Shown: one piece after another, positions 42,292-55,075 of the stretch
Numbering within the stretch: position 1 is the first letter of the stretch
Layout: the number at the start of each line of letters is the position of its first letter
DNA from: the human T2T-CHM13v2.0 reference genome, Homo sapiens
DNA length: 64,000 nt
Reading direction: 5' to 3'
Assembly: GCA_009914755.4 (NCBI GenBank)
Contig: CP068257.2
Coordinates: 9,248,001 to 9,312,000 of the forward strand
Program-made: the position numbers and the translations under genes
Notes under the pieces: model-generated
What the model saw: only the letters and a program-made list of their open reading frames with translations
What the model was told of the DNA's origin: nothing
Database searches by the model: none

Positions 42292-44744
42292 CAGTTGACT
42301 GGGATTCTGAAAACCAAATTCTCATTGTTATTCTGACAGCCTCTTTTCACTTTCAGTGTTTTTGTTGAGATGAGGCTTGAATGTAGTGTAGGGAGGATTT
42401 CAATTGTGCAACTGTCTTTGGCTTTATACAAATTTTTAACCAATAGGAAACTTCTCAAGGACAAATAAAAAAGCAAAGAGAAAAAGGTGCTGTTAGACCT
42501 TCAACAGTAAGTCAGTTTCACAATACTATTTTTAAATTTCCTATTAAAATATCACTCTATTTCTTAGTATATCACTTTGGCATATCTGCTTCTTTCTCTG
42601 TATTAATAAATAGCGCATAAAGTTTGCCTTTGGTACTTTGTACAATGTTGTTTATCTCAGTGTAAATTGGTAGCGTGTCCACAAAGGCGATTGGAGTGTG
42701 AGGCGTGAGTCCTTAGGAGCCTGTCTGCCATCTAAGCCCTGTTAGCATTTTCCTTTACTAATGTTGGGGTGGGGGGACCTCAGAAGGGGCACAGCAAGCA
42801 TATGAAAGTTTTGTTACAGAGATGCCAGTATTTGTCCTTAGAACAGGTCCAGTTGACAAAGGCACTGCAGGATATGAAAGATTCTCATTACAATGTCACG
42901 GCAACATGACTGAAATTATTAACTCTCCACGTGGGATGATGGATGGTATAGGGTGGAGATGTCCTTGGCAGAACATGTTGCTTAATTATCTTCTTTTAGT
43001 ACCAGCTTACTGTCACGTTCCTATGATCGAGTACTATTCCAAATGAATTCATAAAGAGAGAATATTTAAAGATCTTATCCAATAAAAGAGCAGATTAAAT
43101 GTCAGATCTTCATTAGTGGTTCTTTAATCAAGTTCTTTTTGTGGTTTTATGACAAATGCTTTCATTTTTGGCACTTGAACCTAAGACCCCCAGGTCTAAA
43201 AGGAACTTTTCTCATTTGAAATAAAGGGGGATTTAATGATTTTCAAAAGTAGAATTTATGGTCTGGTGGATAAGACTTATAAGTAGAATCTGGAGAGCCT
43301 TTAATTTTAGTGTTGGAATGAATGACACCTCAGATCTTTTACAGGGCTGTAAAGCCCTGTGACTTAGTTTCCCTATAGGTTAGAAACAGAATGCCATAAA
43401 ATATACGAATACTTGTAATGCTGTAGATTGGTAACATTTATCAGGCGACATCAGGATTCTTAATAGTCTGCAGTGGGCTCATGTCATTCTTAAAAAAATA
43501 TAGTCGCTACCTTTAAGCAAGTTACCCATGTAATTGATTTAATTAGTTAATATTTGAGAAATATTTTAGAGGTGGAATGGATAATGGGATATCATTATAT
43601 CCAGGCCTGCACCAAAACAGACTTTAGTAGCATTCTGGTTTTCCAGATTAGAAGAACATTTTATGAACAGGAAAAACCGACCACAAGGAGCTTCAAGAAT
43701 GCCCATCCCAGGCGGTTTCCAGGGAATCCTGAAGTAAAGTATCAGATCCAGAAACAGCATAGCTCTGCTGTGAAGGAGTTGATTCAGCAGAGCAATGAAA
43801 CTAGCCTGTTTCTGATAATACGGAACTTAGAAATAACTTTTATTTTATTTATTCCAAATAATTTATAATTTATTATTTCCAAGTGTATTTATGGTCCTGG
43901 TTATCAGATGCAAAAATAAAAATGGATAAACAAAATTTAGCTACCTGAAACCAAGTCTATGTGTTCATATATTAGAAAATCGTATGCATCCAAAGCCAAA
44001 GTCAGGTGTTTGTCTCATCTGAAGAGTTTTTGTGTGAGAGATTATAGCCTTTAGACCCTTACGCTGGGTTCAGATATGAAGGAAATGGTCTCATAGATGA
44101 CTTCCTTTTGGTCTATTAATTTGTAGACCAATTGGAACTCTTTGTAAGCAGGATACTTACGGTACAGTAATCAGTGCTGCTATTGAGGATGACTTGAGAC
44201 GAAACAATATTGTGGTGGAACTCTGGATCATGAAGTCCAATGATTTACACTCAACTGAGTATATTAATTAAATTGTAACTAATGATTCTTGTTACACAGG
44301 TGTGGGTGCTTTCAAAGATCAAATAAAATAAAATAAGTGTTAATACTCAAAAAGATAATAAAATATAAAATATTAAAACAAATATCATATAAGACCCTAA
44401 AATAGAAAACAGTAATCAATTGGGGCCTGTTTATATTTGCATTAAGTCATTAAACTAAATCTATTTCCTTTTTTGATAGGATACGGTTCTCACAGATCAG
44501 ATATAGCAAATATGGTCCCTGTGAAAGCCTCATAGTCTTTCTTTATGAACTAGCTGTAGAAATATGGGCTGGCATATAACACATTTACAGAGGTTTTAGT
44601 TCACTGGAACAGCTGTATGCGGGATGTGTTGATGAATTAATATTAGCTTTGGGGAGAATCTAGTAGTATAACAAAGGGCTATGTGATTGTTCATGTTCCA
44701 TTTAATGTATATATTTTTATCAATGCCTTCACTATAGAACACTT

Positions 44745-44941
44745 GAACACAGGAAGGGGAACATCACACACTGGGGCCTGTCATGGGGTGGGGGGAGGGG
44801 GGAGGGATAGCATTAGGAGATATACCTAATGTAAATGATGAGTTAATGGGTGCAGCACACCAATATGGCACATGTATACATATGTAATAAACCTGCACGT
44901 TGTACACATGTGCCCTAGAACTTAAAGTATAATAAAAAAAG
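44745..44941 (+). mobile_element. L1 (LINE-1) 3'-end fragment, 5'-truncated, about 200 bp
   Basis: ggggaacatcacacactggggcctgtcatggggtggggggaggggggagggatagcattaggagatatacctaatgtaaatgatgagttaatgggtgcagcacaccaatatggcacatgtatacatatgtaataaacctgcacgttgtacacatgtgccctagaacttaaagtataataaaaaaa. This is the canonical primate L1 3'UTR terminus. Confidence 0.9.
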
Positions 44942-45589
44942 AGAAACTACTCAATACATATTGAAAAAGAAAATGAACAATTTATATAAAATATGAGCAG
45001 TATGCTTATTGGATAATGACAGCTGAAGAGGTAGATATTCAGAATGAGATTTTTAGGTTAGAATAGAGGGGGAGATCAACCAGGTACAACTTTACAGGGA
45101 TAGAAGCAAAGTCATGTCTATAGTGGAAAGAAATATTGATGTAAATATCAGGCAGTAGCTTGACAGCAGTACCTGTAAGGAAGGCTAGGGGATGGAGGTA
45201 GTATGTGACTCAGCTTCTACAACTATTAACTTGCAGGGACTACAGATTACTTACATTCTAATCTTTAGGAATTAGCCTGCTATCTGGGCATGAAGAGCAC
45301 TCATCAAAGGTTTGTTGAAAGTGGGAGATTGTATTTTCCAACCAAGTGTGATCACAACGTCTTCCACAAGCTCTTCTATCACGTGACCCTATCAAGCAAT
45401 GGAGTCTACCTCTCATCCTCCTTTAACAGGGGCAAGCATAATGACTGCTTTGAGCAATGAAATACAGCCAAAATAATACTGTGGCCCTTAAATGCTCTCA
45501 AAGCTTCTGTTTCCTCCTCTTTAGAAGTCAGCTGCCATGTTAGAAGTGTGACTACTTTGGGATTCTCAAGCTATTAAAAGTCCAAGCCA

Positions 45590-45828
<239 letters not shown>

Positions 45829-46415
45829 GTCCAAGCCAAGTGGCAATTTCCTAGGAGACTGAGAGCACATGTGGAGGCAGTGGGGGGAAGAATGGCTGAG
45901 GTGAGTGAAGAGGCCACCCCACGTGAGCTTTCAGATGGTTCTAGTCCCACTGCTGTCTAACTTGCAACCACTTGGGAGATTCCAATCAACAACTGTGATA
46001 AGGCTAGTCAAACCACAAAACGATGAAATACACTAATAAGCTGCTGGCTTAAGTCATTCATTTTGGGAGTATATTTCAATGTAGAAATAGATAAACGAAA
46101 CACTGAATGGCTGAGAGATTCTAGATGTAATTAGATTCTAGATGAGTATTGATGTAGATGGCATCCATTTGCAATCTCTATTTCTAGGAAACAGAAGAAA
46201 AATGGGAAAGAAAATATGCTCATTTCATTAAACCGTAGAGTGCTTTTTAGTCCATTTTTCCTGCTATATATAATGGAATACCACAGACTGGGTAATTTAT
46301 AATGAACAGAAATTTATTGACTCACATTTCTGGAGGCTGGAAAATCCACAATTGAGGGGCCGGCATCTGACAAAGGCCTTCTTGCTGTGCTATGACATGA
46401 AGACACCACATGGAG

Positions 46416-46500
46416 AAAGAGCAAAGAGAGGGAAGAGGGGGGGAATGGAGGGGGAAGGGGAGTGTGAGGGGGAGAGGAAGACGGAGAGGGAGAGGGAGAC
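46416..46500. repeat. Purine-rich (GGA/GAG) low-complexity tract
   Basis: gagcaaagagagggaagagggggggaatggagggggaaggggagtgtgagggggagaggaagacggagagggagagggagac. Confidence 0.8.
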
Positions 46501-49500
46501 CTGCTTCTGCATAACAGCACTAGCTCATTCACGAAGGCAGAGCCCTCATGATCTAAGCACCTCTTAAAGGTCCCACCTCCCAATATCATCACAATGACAG
46601 TGAAATTTCAACATGAGTTTTGGAGGGACAAACATTGGAAGGGTAGCAGCTTTTACACAGAAGACTGAGTAAAATTAGTTCACTTTACCCCACAGGCAGA
46701 ACTGAGAGCATGAATGAAATTTTCTGGGAAGCCCCTGCCCTTTAGAAGAGATATTGTAACCTTGTAGTGACTGGTGTTATCACTCCTGAAACCAGCTGCT
46801 TTGCCAGTCTGTGAATTACACAGTCAAGATACTTGCACCTAGTGAAAGCTTAAAGGGCCATCCACCTGGAATGAAGCAGGAATGAGTCATGTTTAGGGGA
46901 GGGTTGTTGGCGGGTGGAGGTGTGGAAAGGTTGACGCAAGGTATAAAAATAACACTGGTTAACTCTAGAAAGAGTGTGTTTACATTCTAGTTTCAAAGGG
47001 CATTGATCTTACCTCACAATGTTAGCATATTAACTATAGAGAGATTATAATGACATCTCGTGGAAACTACATTTCTGTTGATTAACTTATGTGAAGCCTA
47101 AAACTTACTTTGTGCATTAAATAATTAAGCCAATTACCTAACAAATTTAGACTTTTCTGTACTTTCATTTATTTTTTAACAGAAAATGTAGTGTAGACTA
47201 ATTGTTTACAAATGTCACACATGGAATCACCCAGGAAGCTTCTTTAAAAAATCCTAATGTCCAGGCTATTCTGTGTAATAATAAAGTCAAAAACTTTAAA
47301 AATTTATAGTAAAAATAAAAATCCAGAAAGGGTGTTGTTAAAAATAATCCACAAGCCTGTAGAGAAGGTCTTGAAGGCAACAATTATGACCACATTAGAG
47401 AAATGCATTCATGAAAACAAGACCCACAGCCATTTTAACTCTGGAAGTTTCTCTGTTCTAAAGACTGTGTGATTTAGAGGGACTAGAGTTTGTTTGTAAC
47501 AAGAAACAAGTGGAGGCCACAGCTACAGGCAAATGCATTGGACTAAATGGCCAGGTGTTTATTCATTTTACCTCTATGTGGTATTTTCTATATCTGCTAG
47601 TGAAGATTATTGGCGTTACCACTTGAGAGACTCTGAGGGTCAATGTTTTAGTGTTTTTGATTTCTTTGCAGCACTGAATGTAGGCATTGTTATATTCATG
47701 GAACATGTAGAAACACGTGCTTCATTAACTAAGTGGAGACTCAGTCTACTGAATATTTTTTAGTTGTTGTTCATGATAGTTTAAAATATAATGGCTTCTA
47801 ATGACTTTTAGCGTTAGCTATACTATTCAATCCTTTGTTCCCCACACTAAAGCACTTTCAAAGATTGCTTTATATTGCATTTAAAAGCTTGGTTACCTAA
47901 GTTGTTAACAAAATATTTCTGTAAGTTAACATTTTTGTTGTTGATGCTGAGATAATAATGCCCATGCATGCCTAAACCGTGGTTTCTTTAGCTGAGAGCA
48001 AGTCCAATAGCCTTTATAATACTTCAAGACCTATACACACTTTCGTAGTTATAAATGAACATGATAGAAAAGTTATTTATTTGAGACAAGTCTAATAGTT
48101 GAAGATTTTTAACAAATAGTAGTGTTTTAAGGGTATTATTGCCTTGGCATTGATTCTCTGTTCAATATTTTGAAGAGTAAAATATGATAATTCATGTTAC
48201 AAATTAAGAGAAGCTAAACCCACTATAAATGACAAGGTAATTTAAAAATGACTTATTTCAGTAATAAAACAGGTTTCGTCCATCTCTTCTATAGCTTAGT
48301 CTTATCTGAGAACTCATCTATTTTCCTTTACTGCACTGACTGGATGAGCTATTGATGAAGAAATTGGGAAACTTTTTTGAAATCACCAACTTTTATGTGT
48401 CTTATGTCAAGAGTCAGCTTCCATTGTCTTCCAAGAATTATGGTACACTTCAAAAGTCAGAGCTAGATAGATTCTTTTGTGAATGGAGGAACTATCCCAA
48501 GATTAGCTTGTGACTGTGATGTTTACGTGCTTCTTGATTCCATTGAATGCCATCATTAGCTTAAATACTGTTTGTTGGAGCCAATGAATAAACTTAAATG
48601 ACTCTAGTATTAGTAGAATATAGAAAGGAATAATAGATATTAGCCTAAATAGCTTCAGAAGAATGAATCGTTTGCCCAGAGACAACAGATAAGTAGTCTG
48701 CACTGCTTCCTGAGTGAGCGCCGTGTGTTCATCAATGCTTTCCTGAAGTTTATTTGAAAACTCTACATCTTTAATTGGTTGCTTTGTTAATACACTAATA
48801 ATACCCATTGTATTAGCACCCATACATGTCATTAGTTTATTAAAGTAACATCATTACCATGGAATAACATGATTTATATTTTTTCAAAACAGTCTTTTTA
48901 AAGACATGGAACTAATATTGAATGCATTTCCTGAAAGCACTATGAAGACACTAACGGGTAGCACTTTATAAGTTTTAACATTTCTGGAACAGGGTAGAAT
49001 TCGCTGATATTTACTCTGTGCTTCCCATTCAGTGTTCCTGTTATACATTTCTATCATTTGATTATTTTAACATTTTATTGCACTTAACTGCTAACATGCC
49101 CTGCCCCAGTGCCGAAAGTCCAGCCTGCCTGTCTACATGTAAATGGATAACATTTGTGTTTGTTGGAATGAATAAAAAAAGATTAATTGGTTATGCAATC
49201 ACATTAAAGTATCTATGGTAAGTTTGAACTTAACCAAGAGGCTGGACAGAAACTATAGGGCCAAAATTTGGTACGACATATAGAAAACTTGTGAATTTTT
49301 GTTTGTAATAAGACCCTAGGCATCAACAACACTATGAATCTGTTGAATCAAGTTTAGCCTAACTGCCTCCTTACATATTTTCTGTTCAGCCTAAAGGTTT
49401 CTCTGTACATAGTGAACTATAATCTAAAGGGAGGTGTAAACAGATTGTAACCTACTTTTGTGCCCATTGCTGTGTTTTGGTCAATCAAAGGGGGCCAGCT

Positions 49501-51469
49501 GTTCAAACCACATTCAAATAAGGCAAACACTGAGCTGTAACCAATCCAGCTGTTTCTGTAGCTGGTTTCCATTTTCGGTATATCACTTTCCTTTCTCTGT
49601 CCATAAATCTGCTACGACGTGGCTGTGCTGGAGTCTCTCTCAGCCTTCTCTGATTTGGGAGGCTGCCCGATTGGCAAATTGCTCTTTGCTCAGTTAAATT
49701 CTGTTGAATTTAATTTGGCTAAGGTTTTTATTTTAACACATTATAGAGGTGCAGATAAACAATGATAAGATGTCAAAACCCATCTGGGGAGCACTGGAAG
49801 CCTCTTGCTATGATTCTATGATATAATTCAAACACCATATTTTGCTGACAACTTCCTGAGTGATATTGGAAATACAGATATACTGCATTTCTGGCCAAAC
49901 AACCATGACATACACTGTAGATTTGGAATGAACGCTATTAAGATAACCCATCCCTCTCTCTAGACAGGCAGGCAGCCAGCCGTGTGTGTCCTCTCTTCTT
50001 CTTTATCACCAAGAATGACTGGGAGCTAGAGCAGCAATGTTGATGGGCATTGATCTGTTTCAGAAACATCTCAAGGACTGAGAAATGACTTCGGGTGTTC
50101 CCTTTTCAAAAGATGCTATCTCATTTCCTTACTAAAGAGATGAGAAAAAGGGTGGAAATTGAGAGATGCAAGGTAAGAACTAAAATAATGTGAATTAAGT
50201 CTGAAGGAGATTTTTTTTCCCCTCCTATGAGGTATTTACTAGCTGATAATCCTGCAGTGAAAGAATAACCAACCAGTGAGAGTTAGGAAAAAATATGGAT
50301 TGTTGATTTGGAAGGAGACTAAAAAACTATCCCTGCCATAATTTTTTTTCATTTTACACCCCCTTAAAATAACTAAGAAAAATATTGCTTTTATAAAACA
50401 CTGCAGTGAACACAGCCCTGGAATTCTGGTATTATAACAACTTTCAGGTGGAGGCATAAAGTGATATTCCAAAATGTTAAAAATCATCAATACGAGTAAA
50501 AATCTGACTTTGAATATTGGACTGCAGTGTTATTACTTCCTCTTGGTGGTGTGTTTCCAATTTTAGGGACTGTGGGGGAAAGACAAGCTGCGTACATACA
50601 TTCTTTCTCCCAATATCAGCCCCATTTATTTGGATGGATCTAATGATTTTACTTTCAAACTTAATGCCCCTGAGATTCCCTAATAATCTCAAATTCTATC
50701 AGAAATGCCCCCACCATCAAAACTATGTCTTATGAATTCATTTCTTTGATTTGTAGAGTGGCAGGGTACCTAAAGTTAACATTTGTCACAGTGTTGCATA
50801 ACACCTTCATTAGGCCAATTACAGAGAGTGGCTTGAGTGGGCAACCTGTGGGCAGTCATGGTCCCATGTATCTTCCCACCGGCACTGCTGGGACCAGAGT
50901 GTGGGTGACAGAACAAAAGGATTCTATCCAAATGTGTTAGCAGGCCCCTTCAGGTAGGCTGTGGCAGGAGAGAAGAGGAAGGATGGTTCAACAGATTATT
51001 AAGAGAATGTTTCAACATTAAAAATATGGGGCAATTATATGAACACTACATGCTACTACAAGTAAAATATAAAATAGAAATGTTCTGAGGAAGAAAAACA
51101 CATTCAAATGCAAATGAAGAGAACCAAAATGAGAAAATAATGAGCCAAATAGCAAAAGTTAAAACTTGGGTATGTTTGTCTTTCAATAAATCTCTTCTCC
51201 ATTTGAAAAACAACTAAATGTCTCTATTCCATTATATTAGATTTAAAAATTCTTAGAGTTTAAGGAGTAGTTTTTTTAATAAAGTCATATACACATCCAA
51301 GCATAATAATTTACTATTCACTACAGTGATTTCAGCATAGTGTGTTATATTCAGTATATATGTAAATGCCTCAAGAACATGATCATAATGCTGATTAAAC
51401 TCCTCAGTAAAACATTCTCTCAATACAAACTTTGCTTTTCTATCGTTCGGATTTTGTTTAGGAAGAAAA

Positions 51470-51790
51470 TTTCAACAAGCCTGCCACATAGACAGACTTC
51501 GAAGACAAAGACTTTTTTGAAATAGAAAGTTACAGAGTTTCTCTTTTAAAAGTTCCTTGTGTTTATACATCTTTGGGTGTTGCTCTTCCTTCATTATCAG
51601 AGACAGCAGTGCCTCAAGTCTAGTGTCAGAGGCATCTGTCTGCAGCCGAAGCACTTTGTCAAAGTCAGGAGGGCTTAATAAGGCTCGATTTTCACTGAAT
51701 GCATTTGTTAGGCTGTTGAATGTTAAATCGCAAGCTGAATCATTGTGCAATTGCTTTCTTTTCTGTCTTTTTTTTCTTTTTCTGGCCAAG
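51470..51790 (-). mobile_element. Possible fossil hAT-family DNA-transposon remnant (C-terminal transposase-like segment); low confidence
   Basis: The minus-strand ORF reads ...SACDLTFNSLTNAFSENRALLSPPDFDKVLRL.... This loosely resembles the conserved hAT C-terminal dimerisation block (SA.SER.FS ... KR.RLSP..VEKLVFL). No terminal inverted repeats were identified. Confidence 0.25.
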
Positions 51791-52311
51791 TCAGAAATGG
51801 CTCTGCAGAGACAAGCTCTGAGTTATCCATTAGTGGATTAATGAATGACAATTTGTACTAAAACTAATCTCTTTTTTCCTTTCAAATGAAGCTCATCTTC
51901 CTCAATGTGTTTTTTCCACGAGGTGCATGAAATTATCAACATGTTACCAAGAAGATGAATTCTGTGTGTGACCCATCAGCATCGTCGATACGTAGCAGTG
52001 TTATGGCAGAGCTCCAGCATAAAGCCACAGCATGACACCAGGGTTGGAGAGGACCTAATACCTGCAGTCTTGGGCAGCCAGGGGATTTGTTGCTCTACAC
52101 CAATTTGCTCAAATATAGAACACATACATTTACCGTTTCCCATAGATATATCAGCAGCTCCTTTCCCAGGGATGGTTGAAAACCTTTGGCTCTGTTTTGC
52201 TGTGTCTGCTTTCTAAACCTTCTACCCTTCTTTAACTTGCTGACTATCCATTTGGATGCTGGCTGACTGATTTCTCGATGAACCTCCTCTTCAAATTGGG
52301 CTTTCAGAAAT

Positions 52312-52994
52312 TGAATATACTCTCTGTGGTGGGTAGTATATTGTCCACAGGCATCTGCAAGTGAGGTAGAAGGCAGCATATTGAATATACTCTCTGTGAT
52401 GGGTAGTATATTGTCCACAGGCATCTGCAAGGGAGGGAGAAGGTAGCATATTAGATATACTCTCTGTGGTGGGTAGTATTGTCCACAGGTATCCACAAGT
52501 GTGGGAGAAAGCAGCATACTGAATATACGCTCTGTGGTGGGTAGTATATTGTCCACAGGCATCCACAAGTGAGGGAGAAGGTAGCATATTGAATATACTC
52601 TCTGTGGTTGGTAGTATTGTCCATGGGCATCCACAAGTGAGAGAGAAAGCAGCATACTGAATATACTCTCTGTGGTGGGTAGTATTGTCCACGGGCATCC
52701 ACAAGTGAGGGAGAAGGTAGCACATTGAATATGCTCTCTGTGGTGGGTAGTATATTGTCCATGGGCATCCACAAGTGAGGGAGAAGGCAGCATATTGAAT
52801 ATGCTCTCTGTGGTGGGTAGTATTGTCCACAGGCATCCTCAAGTGAGGGAGAAGGTAGCATATTGAATATACTCTCTGTGGTGGGTAGTATTGTCCATGG
52901 GCATCCACAAGTGAGGGAGAAGGTAGCATATTGAATATACTCTCTGTGGTGGGTAGCATTGTCCATGGACATCCACAAGTGAGGGAGAAGGTAG
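52312..52994. repeat. Minisatellite, 67-70-bp unit, left half (about 10 units), interrupted by the LTR12 insertion
   Basis: Unit tgaatatactctctgtggtgggtagtat(at)tgtccacaggcatc(c/t)(a/g)caagtgagggagaagg(t/c)agcatat. It is the same unit as at 54406-55075. Confidence 0.95.
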
Positions 52995-54405
52995 TGAGAG
53001 GTGACAGCATGCTGGCAGCCCTCACTCGCTCTTGGTGCCTCCTCAGCCTTGGCGCCCACTCTAGCCACACTTAAGGAGCCCTTCAGCCCGCTGCTGCATT
53101 ATGGGAGCCCCTTTCTGGGCTGGCCGAGGCCAGAGCCAGAGCCGGCTCCCTCAGCTTGCAGGAAGTGTGGAGGGAGAGGCACGGGAGGGAACTGGGGCTG
53201 CACACTGTGCTTGTGGGCCAGCGCGAATTCTGGGTTGGCATGGGCTAGGCAGGCCCCACACTCGGAGTGGCCAGCTGGCACCACCAGCCCCGGGCAGTGA
53301 GGGGCTTAGCACCCGGGCCAGCAGCTGTTGAGGGTGCGTCCAGTCCCCCAGCAGTGCTGGCCCACCAGCATTGCACTCGAATTCTCGTTGGGCCTCAGCT
53401 GCCTCCCCATGGGGCAAGGCTCGGGACCAGCAGCCTGCCATGCCTGAGCCTCCCCCCTGCCGTGGGCTCCTGTGCAGCCTGAGCCTCCCTGACAAGCGCT
53501 GCTCCCTGCTCCACAGCGCCCAGTCTCATCAACCACCCAAGGGCTGAGGAATGTGGGGGCATGGTGTGGGACTGGCGGGCAGCTCCACCTGTGGCCCCAG
53601 TGCGGGATCCACTGGGTGAAACCAGCTGGGCTCCTGAGTGTAGTGGGGACTTGGAGAACTTTTATGTCTAGCTGAGGGATTGTAAATGCACCAATCAGCA
53701 CTCTGTATCTAGCTCAAGGTTTGTAAACACACCAATCAACGCCCTGTGTCTAGCTCAAGGTTTGTGAATGCACCAATCAGTGCTCTGTGTCTAGCTAATC
53801 TAGTGGGGACTCGGAGAACTTTTGTGTCTAGCTCAGGGATTGCAAATGCACCAATCAGCACCCTGTCAAAATGGGCCAATCAGCTCTCTGTAAAACAGAT
53901 CAATCAGCTGTCTGTAAAATGGACCAATCAGCAGGATGTGGGTGGGGCCAGATAAAGGAATAAAAGCAGGCTGCCCAAGCCAGCAGTGGCAACCTGCTGG
54001 AGTCTGCTTCCACACTGTGGAAGCTTTGTTCTTTCGCTCTTTGCAATAACTCTTGCTGCTGCTCACTGTTTGGGGGCACACTGCCTTTATGAGCTGTAAC
54101 ACTCACTGCGAAGGTCTCCAGCTTCTCTCCTGAGGCCAGTGAGATCAAGAACCCACCAGGAGGAATGAGCAACTGCAGACACACCACCTTAAGAGCTGTA
54201 ACACTCACCGTGAAGGTCTGCAGCTTCACTCCTGAAGCCAGTGAGACCATGAACCCACCAGAAGGAAGAAACTCAGAACACATCCGAGCATCAGAAGGAA
54301 CAAACTCTGGACACGCCGCCTTTAAGAACTGTAATTCTCACCGCAGGGGTCCACGGCTTCATTCTTGAAGTCAGTGAGACCAAGAACCCACCAATTCTGG
54401 ACACA
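52995..54405 (+). mobile_element. Solo LTR12 (HERV-9 LTR), about 1.41 kb, sense, flanked by 4-bp TSD gtag
   Basis: Begins tgagaggtgacagc and ends ccaccaattctggacaca. The U3 has tandem tgcaccaatcagcactctgt(a/g)tctagct(c/a)a(a/g)gg subrepeats. The TATA-like element is gataaaggaataaaagcaggctgcc. The 3' part has three copies of gagctgtaacactcac(c/t)g(c/t)gaaggtc(t/c)(g/c)cagcttcactcctgaagccagtgagacca.gaacccacca. TSD gtag at 52991-52994 and 54406-54409. Confidence 0.85.
53686..53995 (+). promoter_or_regulatory. LTR12 U3 enhancer/promoter module: about 8 CCAAT-box (caatcag) motifs in tandem subrepeats, plus a TATA-like box
   Basis: gcaccaatcagcactctgtatctagctcaagg, acaccaatcaacgccctgtgtctagctcaagg, gcaccaatcagtgctctgtgtctagcta, gcaccaatcagcaccctgtcaaaatgggccaatcagctctctgtaaaacagatcaatcagctgtctgtaaaatggaccaatcagcagg, then gataaaggaataaaagcagg. 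Confidence 0.5.
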
Positions 54406-55075
54406 GTAGCATATTGAATATACTCTCTGTGGTGGGTAGTATTGTCCATGGGCATCCATATGAGGGAGAAGGTAGCATATTGAATATACTCTCTGTGGTT
54501 GGTAGTATATTCTCCACAGGCATCCGCAAGTGAGGGAGAAGGTAGCATATTGAATATACTCTCTGTGGTTGGTAGTGTAGTCCATAGGCATCCACAAGTG
54601 AGGGAGAAGGCAGCATATTGAATATACTCTCTGATGGGTAATATTGTCCATGGGCATCCAAAAGTGAGGGAGAAGGCAGCATATTGAATATCCTCTCTAT
54701 GGTGGGTAGTATTGTCCATGGGCATCCACAAGTAAGGGAGCAGATAGCATATTAAATATCCTCTCTGTGGTGGGTAGTATTGTCCATGGGCATCCATAAG
54801 TGAGGGAGAAGGTAGCATATTGAATATACTCTCTGTTGTGGGTAGTATATTGTCCACAGGCATCCACAAGTGAGGGAGAAGGCAGCATATTGAATATACT
54901 CTCTGTGGTGGATAGTATTGTCCACGGGCATCCGCAAGTGAGGGAGAAGGTAGCATATTGAATATACTTTCTGATGGGTAGTATTGTCCACGGGTATCCA
55001 CAAGTGAGGGAGAAGGTAGCATACTGAATATACTGTTTGTGGTGGGTAGTGTTGCTTACAAGCATCCACATGAGG
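54406..55075. repeat. Minisatellite, 67-70-bp unit, right half (about 10 units), continuing the array at 52312-52994
   Basis: gtagcatattgaatatactctctgtggtgggtagtattgtccatgggcatcca..tgagggagaaggtagcatat, and so on. Confidence 0.95.

Noticed and set aside
52312-55075. VNTR + Alu-like + LTR composite as an SVA element
   Set aside because: There is no (CCCTCT)n hexamer or antisense Alu-like domain, and the VNTR unit is AT-moderate and 69 bp, not the GC-rich 35-50-bp SVA unit. The retroviral part is a complete LTR12 with its own TSD, not a SINE-R fragment.
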